Below, one piece after another: positions 53,719 through 62,237 of a stretch of DNA of 64,000 bases. A model generated the notes under the pieces. That model worked only from the letters and a program-made list of their open reading frames with translations. It was not told where the DNA came from and did no database searches. Every line of letters begins with the position of its first letter. The stretch's first letter is position 1. Origin of the DNA: Thermoleophilia bacterium (GTDB lineage: Bacteria; Actinomycetota; Thermoleophilia; Miltoncostaeales; Miltoncostaeaceae); assembly GCA_017882585.1 (NCBI GenBank), contig JADGPF010000026.1, positions 1,336 to 65,335 on the forward strand, given 5' to 3'. A program made the position numbers and the translations under genes.

Positions 53719-54746
53719 CGCCGTAGTGTGCGTTCGCGCTCCGCGCGCGCGAGTGCTGCATGGACCAGCCGTCCGACCAGCTGCGGGTACGGGACCCCGG
53801 CGGCCGCCATCAGGGACGGGTAGGCACTGGTCGGTGTGAACCCGGGAATCGTGTTGAGTTCCGAGACTACGACCTCGCCCGCGTCGGTCACGAAGCAGTC
53901 GATCCGACCCATGCCCTCGCATCCGATGCACTCGAACGCGATCCGGGCAACATCTTGGAGCCGGTGGGTGATCTCGTCCGGCAGTATGGCGGGGATCTCG
54001 AGCTCGGCCCGACCGGCTTCGTACTTGGTCTCGTAGTCGTACCACTCCGCCGCGTATCGGATCTGGCCTGGCGGCGAGACGATCATCTCGCCGTCGTCCA
54101 GGATGCCGACCTCGACTTCCCTGCCGGAAATCGCCTCCTCGACGAGCACCTTCTCGTCATAGGCCAGCGCGAGTGCCACCGCGTGGTCCAGCGCGTCCGG
54201 CGCTGTGACCCGGGAGATGCCGACGCTCGATCCGAGTCGGGCCGGCTTGACGAACACCGGATATCCCATCGCGTCGACTGCCGCACGCAGTGCCGGCCCG
54301 TCGACATCCCAGGTCGTTGGGGTCACCAAGACCGCGTCTGCCACGCGCAGGCCCTGCTGGCGCGCAATGAGCTTGAATAGCGCCTTATCCATGCCGATCG
54401 CCGATGCGGCGACGCCGGCGCCGACGTACGGGACGCCGACCATCTCACACAGCCCTTGGATGGTCCCGTCCTCGCCGAACGGCCCGTGCAGGATCGGGAA
54501 GACGACGTCGATCGACGTCTCGGATCCGTCGTTGAGGTCGACGAGCAGCGCCTTCCCGTCGGCTGCGCTCAGGGTGACCGCGCGCGCGCCGCGGGTCCAG
54601 ATGCCGCCGGGGCCGATGACGACCGGCACCAGCGTGAACTCCTGCGGATCAAGCGCGCCCATCACCCCGCGCGCCGACGACAGCGAGACCTCGTGCTCGC
54701 TGCTGCGGCCGCCCATCAGCATCAGGACCGTGGTCGTCGCGCTCAT
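53715..54746 (-). CDS. ddl: D-alanine--D-alanine ligase
   Basis: VLMLMGGRSSEHEVSLSSA, VFPILHGPFGEDGTIQGL, VFVKPARLGSSVGIS and ELNTIPGFT are present; 343 aa. Confidence 0.95.
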   Translation of the reverse strand: MSATTTVLMLMGGRSSEHEVSLSSARGVMGALDPQEFTLVPVVIGPGGIWTRGARAVTLSAADGKALLVDLNDGSETSIDVVFPILHGPFGEDGTIQGLCEMVGVPYVGAGVAASAIGMDKALFKLIARQQGLRVADAVLVTPTTWDVDGPALRAAVDAMGYPVFVKPARLGSSVGISRVTAPDALDHAVALALAYDEKVLVEEAISGREVEVGILDDGEMIVSPPGQIRYAAEWYDYETKYEAGRAELEIPAILPDEITHRLQDVARIAFECIGCEGMGRIDCFVTDAGEVVVSELNTIPGFTPTSAYPSLMAAAGVPYPQLVGRLVHAALARAERERTLRR

Positions 54747-56701
54747 CCGGGCGGAGGCGCCGGCGTCGATGTCGTTCCGGTCGAGGTGGTCGTCGTCTGC
54801 GGGCCGAGGCTCACCGTGTACCGGACGGTCGAGCCCTTGGCGAGCGAGGTTCCCGCGTTCGGCGTCTGTGCAAACACAGTGCCGGCGGTCGCCGAGTTGT
54901 AGGCGGTGTCGGCGACTGGGCTGAATCCCGCCGCCCGGAGATTCGACGAGGCCGTGGCACTCGTCTGGCCGATCACGCTCGGGACCGTCGCCGTCGCCGG
55001 CCCCGAGCTCACCACCAGGTCGACGGACGTTGCGGACTGGGCGGCAGAGCCGGCCGGCACGCTCTGGGAGATCACGTCACCGCTCGAGACATTCGAGCTC
55101 GACTGGTCGGTCACGGTGCCGACCGAGAGTCCGGCCGACCTGAGTAGCTGCGTCGCTGATGAGAGCGACTTCCCGACCACGTTGGGCACCGTCGCGCCGG
55201 TACTCACGTTGATCGTCACGGTCTGCTGCGGGGCGAGCTGGGTCGCGGCAGCAGGGCTCTGCGAGATCACGATGCCGGTCTGGACGCTTGAGCTTGACGA
55301 TTGAATCACGGTCACCGAGAAACCGGCGGCTTGCAGCGTCGTGGTCGCCGCTGACTGCGAAAGGCCGACGACGTTGGGCACCGTGGTCGTCTTGGGTCCG
55401 CCCCCGACGTTGATGATCACCGTACTGCCCTTCTTCACCGATTGCCCGCCGGCCGGATCGGTTCCCACGGCGAGGCCCTTGTCGGCCGTCGAGCTCGGGA
55501 CGGTCTTGGTGGCGGGCCTCAGGCCGAGTGCCGTGAGCTCGGCCTTCGCGGCGCTGACAGTCTGTCCGGAGATGTCGGTTGGAACCGTGACCGAGTTGCT
55601 CGATCCGCTGCCGCGTGCGAGCAGCAAGACGGCCGTCACGGCGGCGATGCCCAGCACGACGATCACGGCAATCACGATCGCCGTGGTGCGGTTGCGTTTC
55701 TTCTTGGCCGCCGCCGTCGTCTCCGGCGGGGGCGTGCTGCCCGACAGGGGCGTGGTCGCCGTCGGCTGGGCGGGCGGTGGCGGGCTCACGGCCATCAGCG
55801 TCGTCTGCGCCGCGCCCTCCCCGGCGACGACGCCGAGCAGCATGGTGTGCTGGCCGGTGCTCGATGGATCGATCTGGCGCCGAACGTCGGCGAGCGCGGC
55901 CGAGAACTCCTCCGCGCTGCGGTAGCGCTCGGAGGGTCGCTTGGCCAGCGCCTTCAGGACGACCGCCTCGAGGGCTGGCGGGATGTCAGGCTCGTAGGTG
56001 CGCGGAGGCACGGGGGGTTCGTTGATCTGCTTCATCGCCACGACGACCGGACGCTCGCCGTCGAACGGCACGCGGCCGGTCAGCATCTCGTACAGCACGA
56101 CGCCGGCCGAGTAGCAATCGCTGGCGCTCGTGAGCTCACCGCCGTGGGCCTGCTCGGGGGACAGGTACTGCGCGGTGCCGATGACCGAGCCCGCCTCGGT
56201 CATCTCCGACTCGGCCCCGGCGCGCGCGATACCAAAATCGGTGACCTTCAGCAGGCCATCGCTGGCGAGCATGACGTTTTGGGGCTTGATGTCGCGGTGG
56301 ATGACATCGCGGCGGTGAGCCGCCGCGAGTGCGCCCAGGATCTGCTGGGTGTTGTCGATCGCCTCGAGCGGCGGTAGCGCGCCACGGGTTCGGATCAGCG
56401 ACTTGAGGTCGGGACCGGTCAGGTACTCCATGACGATGAAGTAGGTCCCGTCGGTCTCGCCCCGGTCGAACACCTGAACGATGTTCGGATGGTTCAGCTG
56501 GGCCGCCGCTGACGCCTCGCGCCGAAAGCGCTCGACGAACGACGGATCGGCGGTGTAGCGGTCCGCCAGGACCTTGACCGCCACGTCACGGCCCAGGTGC
56601 GGATCGTGGGCGCGGTAGACGTTGGCCATCCCGCCGCTGCCGAGCAGCTCGATGATCTCATAGCGCCCGCCGACGATCTCGCCCGGCCGAAAGTCGCCCA
56701 C
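54743..56701 (-). CDS. pknB: PASTA-domain Ser/Thr protein kinase (PknB-type), four PASTA repeats
   Basis: GTG at 56701 (VGDFRPGEIVGGRYEIIELLGSGGMANVYRA). HRDIKPQNVML, DFGIARA and AQYLSPEQ are kinase motifs, followed by a TM and then four V-P-(N/S)-V-x-G PASTA units. The stop overlaps the ddl ATG (ATGA). The start overlaps the pbpA TAG by 1 nt. Confidence 0.9.
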   Translation of the reverse strand: MGDFRPGEIVGGRYEIIELLGSGGMANVYRAHDPHLGRDVAVKVLADRYTADPSFVERFRREASAAAQLNHPNIVQVFDRGETDGTYFIVMEYLTGPDLKSLIRTRGALPPLEAIDNTQQILGALAAAHRRDVIHRDIKPQNVMLASDGLLKVTDFGIARAGAESEMTEAGSVIGTAQYLSPEQAHGGELTSASDCYSAGVVLYEMLTGRVPFDGERPVVVAMKQINEPPVPPRTYEPDIPPALEAVVLKALAKRPSERYRSAEEFSAALADVRRQIDPSSTGQHTMLLGVVAGEGAAQTTLMAVSPPPPAQPTATTPLSGSTPPPETTAAAKKKRNRTTAIVIAVIVVLGIAAVTAVLLLARGSGSSNSVTVPTDISGQTVSAAKAELTALGLRPATKTVPSSTADKGLAVGTDPAGGQSVKKGSTVIINVGGGPKTTTVPNVVGLSQSAATTTLQAAGFSVTVIQSSSSSVQTGIVISQSPAAATQLAPQQTVTINVSTGATVPNVVGKSLSSATQLLRSAGLSVGTVTDQSSSNVSSGDVISQSVPAGSAAQSATSVDLVVSSGPATATVPSVIGQTSATASSNLRAAGFSPVADTAYNSATAGTVFAQTPNAGTSLAKGSTVRYTVSLGPQTTTTSTGTTSTPAPPPG

Positions 56702-58137
56702 TAGTTGCTCCTCGCGATGATCGCCTGCATGATCGCTCGCGCGATCGGTGCCGCCACGACGCCACCTTGGCTGGCGGTGTTCTCGATGACCACCGCGACC
56801 GCGACCGTCGGGGCTGACGATGGCGCAAACCCGATGAACCACGCGTCGTTGATCCCCGTACGTGACGTTTCGGCGGTGCCGGTCTTGCCGGCGACGTCGA
56901 GGCCCGACAGCGCGGCGGCGGTACCGGTTCCCTCTTGAACGACGTCGCGCATCATTGTGGTTACCTCGGCGGCGACCGCGGGGGTGGTTGCGGTGGAGAA
57001 GACGGTGTCATGGTGCGTCATCAGCACGGACCCGCCGGTGTCGGTGACGCGCTGCACAAGATACGGGGTCATGATCGTCCCGTGATCGGCGATCGCGGCG
57101 GCGACCATCGCATTCTGCAGCGGCGTCACCAGAAGCTGCTCTTGGCCGATGCCGATCCGGGCGGTGTCCTCGCCGGCCTGGTTGCTGGGCAGGAGGTTGA
57201 GCTTGGGGTCTTTGCGGCCGGACGGGACGACCATACCGGCGGGAAGGTCGACCGACGGTGCCCGGCCGAATCCGAACGCGTCCATCGTCGATCCGAGGCG
57301 TTCGGCGCCGAGCGCCAACCCGACCTTGGCAAACGTCGTGTTGATCGAGTGCGTGAGGGCAAAGGTCAACGTGTTCGGTCCGAATTTCTCTCCGGCGAAG
57401 TTCCGCAGCGGTTGACCCGACGCAATGATTGACCCCGTGTCGTTGAACATGCTTGTCGGCGTAAACAGGCCGGTCTGGAGGGCGGCCGTCGCCGTGACGA
57501 CCTTGAACGTCGATCCGGGCGGATACCCCTGCTGCACCGCGCGGTTGACCAGCGGGCTGTTCGGCTGGGTGAGAATCGATGCGAAGTGCTGGTCGACCTT
57601 GTTGAGGTCGTAGCCCGGTGAGGATGCCATCACCTGCACGGCCCCGGTGCGCGGATCGAGCGCGACGACGGCGCCCTGCTGCCCGGCCAGCATCTGCGTT
57701 GCGATCCGCTGTGCGGCGGGGATCAACGTGGTGTGGACGGCGGCCCCGTGCTTGGAGCGCAGACCGAGGCGGACCAGCAGCGATTCGGCGCCGTAGTCGC
57801 CGGTCAACCACCCGTTCTGGCTGAGCTCAAGCGCCGTGGACCCCTGGGTGATGTTCGAATAGCCGACGGTTTGCGGGGCAAATGTGCCGTTCGGGTATGT
57901 CCGGTGATACACCACCTGGCCGCTGACGTTGTTGCTCACGCTCACGGCGAGGGGCGTGCCGTCGGCCGCGACGATCGGCCCGCGGGCGACCAGGCGCATA
58001 CGTTGGATTGCCTGTGGGTTGCCCGGGCGGTCGTTGATCGCGCTCGCATGGATGACCTGCCAGTAACCCAACGCGAACGCCAGCAGGACGAAGCCGCCGG
58101 AGAGCACCCAGAACACCCGGCTGATCGACCTATTCAC
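56701..58137 (-). CDS. pbpA: Class B penicillin-binding protein / transpeptidase (PbpA-type)
   Basis: GTG at 58137 (VNRSISRVFWVLSGGFVLL). STFK is in GSTFKVVTATAAL, S-x-N in HSINTTF and K-T-G in GKTGTAE. It overlaps the rodA 3' end by 8 nt. Confidence 0.9.
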   Translation of the reverse strand: MNRSISRVFWVLSGGFVLLAFALGYWQVIHASAINDRPGNPQAIQRMRLVARGPIVAADGTPLAVSVSNNVSGQVVYHRTYPNGTFAPQTVGYSNITQGSTALELSQNGWLTGDYGAESLLVRLGLRSKHGAAVHTTLIPAAQRIATQMLAGQQGAVVALDPRTGAVQVMASSPGYDLNKVDQHFASILTQPNSPLVNRAVQQGYPPGSTFKVVTATAALQTGLFTPTSMFNDTGSIIASGQPLRNFAGEKFGPNTLTFALTHSINTTFAKVGLALGAERLGSTMDAFGFGRAPSVDLPAGMVVPSGRKDPKLNLLPSNQAGEDTARIGIGQEQLLVTPLQNAMVAAAIADHGTIMTPYLVQRVTDTGGSVLMTHHDTVFSTATTPAVAAEVTTMMRDVVQEGTGTAAALSGLDVAGKTGTAETSRTGINDAWFIGFAPSSAPTVAVAVVIENTASQGGVVAAPIARAIMQAIIARSN

Positions 58138-59482
58138 CGGCGCCCTCCATGGCGAGCGCCCGTTCCGCCTCGGCGCGGACGCGCCGCGGCACGCGCGGGC
58201 GGTAGGGCACACGGGTGCGGTGGCTGGTGACCGCCAGCAGCGCGATGATCGCGAAGTTGGTGACCACACTCGAGCCGCCATAGCTCATGAACGGCAGCGT
58301 GACCCCGGTCAGCGGGATCACGCGCACGATGCCCCCGACGATCACGAATGCCTGGATGCCCAGCGTCGTGGCGAGGCCGACGGCCAGCAACTTGGAAAAC
58401 CCGTCGGGCGCCTGCGCCGCGATCGTGAACCCGCGGGCAACCAGCACGATGAACAGGCACAACAGTGCGACTGCGCCCAGGAGCCCGAGCTCGGCCGCAT
58501 AGGCGGTGAAGATGAAGTCCGTATCGAGCACCGGGACCACATAGTTGCCCCCGGTTGCAAGCAGATAGCCCTGGCCCCAACCCGGCCCGATCATGCCGGC
58601 ATTGGCAAGTGCGTAGATCGATTGCACGATCTGGTATCCCTGGCCCTGGGCGTCCGAGAAGGGATGCAGCCACGTATCGACGCGGGTCTGCACGTGCGGG
58701 ATCACCGCCCAGACGCCGACGGCGCCCACCACGAACAGACCCAGGCCCGCCACCACGTAGGCCCCGCGTCCCGACGCCACGTACAGCATCGCAACGAAGA
58801 CCCCGAAGTACAAAAGCGGCGTACCGAAGTCGTTGAGCAGGCCCAGTACCGAGAGGCAGGTTCCCATCACGAGCAGCATCGGCCCGAGAACCGCAATTGG
58901 CGGCACCGGGATACCGGCCAGCCGCCGGGTCGGGATCGCCAGCAGCTCGCGTTTGTCGCGCAGGTACCCCGCCAGGAAGATGACCAGCAGGACCTTGGTG
59001 AGTTCGCTCGGCTGAATCGTCTGACCGCCCGGAAGCCGAATCCACAGCTTTGCGCCGGAGATGTTGGTGCCGAATACCACCGTCGCCATCAGCAGCGCAA
59101 CCGCGGAGATGCCGAACAGGTAGCGGTATTGCTCGAGGATGTGGTGGTCGGGAATGAAGATCAGCACCCCGATGAACACGGCCGTCGCGACCCCGAGCCA
59201 CAGCACCTGCTCGCGTGCGAGCACCGGGTTGATCCGGTACAGGGTGACCATGCCGAGGGCGGTGATCATCCCGACGATCGGCAGCAGGTATGCATCGGCC
59301 TGTGGTGCCCGGAGACGCAGCGCGATGTGCATGAGCACGAACAGGCCCGCGATCACGCCGATCACCGCGACCGGCCCGGCCTCGAGGCTGCGCGACTGCG
59401 CACTGGCCACGCTGGCGGCACCGAGCAGGCCGACGACCGCGGCCGGCAGCAGCAGACCGAGTTCGCGCGTGCGTGGCGACAT
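58130..59482 (-). CDS. rodA: SEDS-family peptidoglycan polymerase (RodA/FtsW)
   Basis: The profile suggests ten TM helices. QPSELTKVLLVIFLA, DFGTPLLY and PLTGVTLPFMSYGGSS are SEDS signatures. Confidence 0.9.
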   Translation of the reverse strand: MSPRTRELGLLLPAAVVGLLGAASVASAQSRSLEAGPVAVIGVIAGLFVLMHIALRLRAPQADAYLLPIVGMITALGMVTLYRINPVLAREQVLWLGVATAVFIGVLIFIPDHHILEQYRYLFGISAVALLMATVVFGTNISGAKLWIRLPGGQTIQPSELTKVLLVIFLAGYLRDKRELLAIPTRRLAGIPVPPIAVLGPMLLVMGTCLSVLGLLNDFGTPLLYFGVFVAMLYVASGRGAYVVAGLGLFVVGAVGVWAVIPHVQTRVDTWLHPFSDAQGQGYQIVQSIYALANAGMIGPGWGQGYLLATGGNYVVPVLDTDFIFTAYAAELGLLGAVALLCLFIVLVARGFTIAAQAPDGFSKLLAVGLATTLGIQAFVIVGGIVRVIPLTGVTLPFMSYGGSSVVTNFAIIALLAVTSHRTRVPYRPRVPRRVRAEAERALAMEGAGE

Positions 59483-60709
59483 CTAGCCGCCGGTCTTCGC
59501 GTGGGTGGGCGGCGTCGGTGCAGCGGTAATGGACGGGATCGGGGCCAGTCCATTGGCCCACACCATGTTGACCGCAGTGTGCACCGTGGCGCCTTCGCCG
59601 CCGACGCTGCCCAGCTGCTGGGACAACTGGCCCGCCGTAACCGCGGCGACCGGTACACCGGTGTCCTGCCAGGTGGAGGTCAGATCGATCGGCCCGAGCT
59701 TGACGCCCTGATCCACCCACACGGTGTGCCCGGGGCCGGGTTGAATCGTGAAACTCCGCGAGATCGCCCACCAGGCACCGCCGATCATCACGAGCACAAC
59801 CAGCACGGCCGCGCCGATCAGAAGCCCGGTACGCGACACGCGGCGGCGACCCGCGCCCGCGGGTTCGAGGACGCGTGCGCCGATTGCCGGTGCCGCGGCG
59901 GGTGGGCGGTCCGTGTGGGCGGCGCCGTCGATGGTCGGATGCTCCTGGGTGGTCCCGCTGGAATCCGGGCGCGCGGAACGCTGCAGCGGCCCGTATCCGA
60001 CCCGGGCGAGCACGACGGTGACGTTGTCGGCTCCGCCCGCCTGGTTGGCGCACTCGACCAGCGCGTGGGCCGCATCGTCGAGGCCGGGCAGGTCGCGCAT
60101 CACGGCCGCGATTCCGGCGTCGTCGACCTCGGTATAGAGGCCGTCGCTGCAAAGCAACAGGACATCGCCGGGCCGCAGGTCTTCGGTCGTGGCGTCGACC
60201 ACCACATCCGGTTCGGCGCCAAGTGCGCGGGTAATCACGTTGCGGTGGGGATGCTGGAGTGCCTCATCGGCCGAGAGCGTGCCCCGGCGCACCATTTCGG
60301 CGACGACCGAATGGTCATCGGTCAGTTGGCGCAACTCCCCGTCACGCCAGAGGTACGCGCGCGAATCGCCGACGTGGACGATCTGGGCGAGCCCGTTGTC
60401 GACGGCCACCGCCGTCATGGTCGTTCCCATGCCCTGCTTGGACGGGTCGCTGGCGGCGGTGCGGCGAATCGCGCTGTTGGCCGACTCGAGCGCGGTCCGC
60501 AGACTCGTCGTGTCGATCGGACCGGTCAGCTGCCGGATGGCGCGAATCGCCAGCTGTGCGGCGACCTCGCCGGCGGCTGCGCCGCCCATCCCGTCGGCGA
60601 CGGCGACCAGTTCGTCGTGCGCGTACGCACGGTCCTCGTTGTGGTCGCGGACGCGTCCGGTATCGGTATGGCGAGCGAGCTCGACGACATGCAGCGGCGC
60701 GTCCGCCAC
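59483..60709 (-). CDS. pstP: PP2C-family Ser/Thr phosphatase with TM and extracellular tail (PstP-type)
   Basis: DTGRVRDHNEDR, VADGMGGAAAGEVA, LLLCSDGL and GGADNVTVV are PP2C motifs. The TM is LLIGAAVLVVLVMIGGAWW. The start codon is GTG. Confidence 0.9.
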   Translation of the reverse strand: MADAPLHVVELARHTDTGRVRDHNEDRAYAHDELVAVADGMGGAAAGEVAAQLAIRAIRQLTGPIDTTSLRTALESANSAIRRTAASDPSKQGMGTTMTAVAVDNGLAQIVHVGDSRAYLWRDGELRQLTDDHSVVAEMVRRGTLSADEALQHPHRNVITRALGAEPDVVVDATTEDLRPGDVLLLCSDGLYTEVDDAGIAAVMRDLPGLDDAAHALVECANQAGGADNVTVVLARVGYGPLQRSARPDSSGTTQEHPTIDGAAHTDRPPAAAPAIGARVLEPAGAGRRRVSRTGLLIGAAVLVVLVMIGGAWWAISRSFTIQPGPGHTVWVDQGVKLGPIDLTSTWQDTGVPVAAVTAGQLSQQLGSVGGEGATVHTAVNMVWANGLAPIPSITAAPTPPTHAKTGG

Positions 60710-60712
60710 GGG

Positions 60713-61357
60713 CTATTCCTCGTAACGCAGCACGGTTCCACCGAGTCGCAGCTCATCGTGCACGCGGAGCTGCGCATCGCCGGTGATGCGCTGATCGTTG
60801 ATGAAGGTCCCGTTGGTCGAGCCGAGGTCCTCGACGTAGAAGAACGGCCCGCGCCGCAGGATGCGCGCGTGCATGTGGGACATGAACGCGTCGTCGACGG
60901 CGAGCGCGTTGGTCGCCGCACGTCCGATCGACAGCCCACTCTCCAGCGGCAGCTCGGTGCCGACCGTCAGTCCCGGCCCGGCCTCGATGACCAGCCGTGG
61001 GCTCAGGTTGGCGCCAAAGTCGAAGCTGGCGTGGTCTGAGCGTCCCATGTCGTCCACCTCGGATTCGGCATTGTCGGTAGTGGGGGCCCCGAAGGGCACG
61101 GCGGCGGCCGCGACGGCGACCGACACCGGGGCTGGCTCGGGCAACGGGGGCGATGGCGTACGAACCACGGGCGCAGGCGGCGAGGCGGCGGGCGCGGCGG
61201 TCGGGGTGACGCGCGGTTCCACGGGATCCTCGAGCGCGAGCGGAGGTGGCGATGACATCTTGATCTGGTGCGCGGACGACCGCACGATCCAGGCCACCAC
61301 GCCGAACAGCACGACCAGGATCGCCGCTTGGCTAAGTAACAGTTGGGTGCTCGTCAT
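60713..61357 (-). CDS. fhaB: Membrane-anchored FHA-domain protein (FhaB/FipA-type)
   Basis: An N-terminal TM (AAILVVLFGVVAWIV) and a Pro/Ala linker precede the C-terminal FHA domain: LSIGRAATNALAVDDAFMSHMHARILRRGPFFYVEDLGSTNGTFIND. Confidence 0.85.
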   Translation of the reverse strand: MTSTQLLLSQAAILVVLFGVVAWIVRSSAHQIKMSSPPPLALEDPVEPRVTPTAAPAASPPAPVVRTPSPPLPEPAPVSVAVAAAAVPFGAPTTDNAESEVDDMGRSDHASFDFGANLSPRLVIEAGPGLTVGTELPLESGLSIGRAATNALAVDDAFMSHMHARILRRGPFFYVEDLGSTNGTFINDQRITGDAQLRVHDELRLGGTVLRYEE

Positions 61358-61385
61358 GCGCTCGTCCCGACACCGGGTGCGCGCA

Positions 61386-62237
61386 TCACGAGACCTCGAC
61401 GCGTATCTGTGTGGCCCCCATCGTTATGACGTCGCCGTCGGCCAATGCGTGCCGTGTGACCGGACGCCCGTTGACCGAGACCCCGTTGGTGGAATCCAGG
61501 TCGATCAAGAAATAGTCGTAGCCGACGTGGCGGATCTCACAGTGATGACGGCTGACGTTGGGATCTGCGACGACCACGTCGCGCTCCCGGCTGCGGCCAA
61601 GGGACGTCACGCGCTTGGTCAGCGGGATGCGCTCGCGGTCGAGGATGAGCGTCATCGTCTCGGGGTGCAGGCCAGACGCCTGCGCGTCTGCGGCAGAGAT
61701 GACCTGGGTTCCGCTGACGCCGGCCAGGGCAGGATTTGCCGCGGCAACCGGTACGGAGGGCGTGGCGACGGGTGTCGGCACGGCACCGAGCGAATCGTCC
61801 GGCAGCGGGGCCTCGGCCTCGGCGGCAGGGCTACCCGAGTTTGGGGCGAGACCCGGTTCGGGCACCGGTGCGTCGGCCATCCGGCAGCTGATGCCGAACT
61901 CGCCGCTGCGCAGGTCCGGGTCGGTCGTCATCGCGACGGTCGGCGGCGCCACCAGCGAGAAGCCGCTGCCGCGCGCATGTGCCTCGAGGTACGTGGCCAG
62001 CTCGTGCGTGAGCGTCGCCTCATAGCTGCTGAATGCCGCGTGGTCCTGCGGCGAGAGGTGCACCGTGTACTCGTTTGGCACGTAGACCTTGGCGACCGAG
62101 ATCGTCTTGTTGACGTCCATCTCGCGTGCCAGCTTGCGGGCGAGCTCAACGGGCTGCAGCTGGGACTTGAAGGCGCGCCGAAAGCCACGTTCGAACGTGG
62201 TCTCAAGCGACTGCTCTATGCGTCGAAATACGCTCAT
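61386..62237 (-). CDS. fhaA: FhaA-type protein: N-terminal DUF3662-like domain plus C-terminal FHA domain
   Basis: ATG at 62237 gives MSVFRRIEQSLETTFERGFRRAFKSQLQPVELARKLAREMD, the typical FhaA N-terminus. The C-terminal FHA domain is TSLGRSRERDVVVADPNVSRHHCEIRHVGYDYFLIDLDSTNGVSVNG. The upstream track extension was rejected. Confidence 0.85.
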   Translation of the reverse strand: MSVFRRIEQSLETTFERGFRRAFKSQLQPVELARKLAREMDVNKTISVAKVYVPNEYTVHLSPQDHAAFSSYEATLTHELATYLEAHARGSGFSLVAPPTVAMTTDPDLRSGEFGISCRMADAPVPEPGLAPNSGSPAAEAEAPLPDDSLGAVPTPVATPSVPVAAANPALAGVSGTQVISAADAQASGLHPETMTLILDRERIPLTKRVTSLGRSRERDVVVADPNVSRHHCEIRHVGYDYFLIDLDSTNGVSVNGRPVTRHALADGDVITMGATQIRVEVS

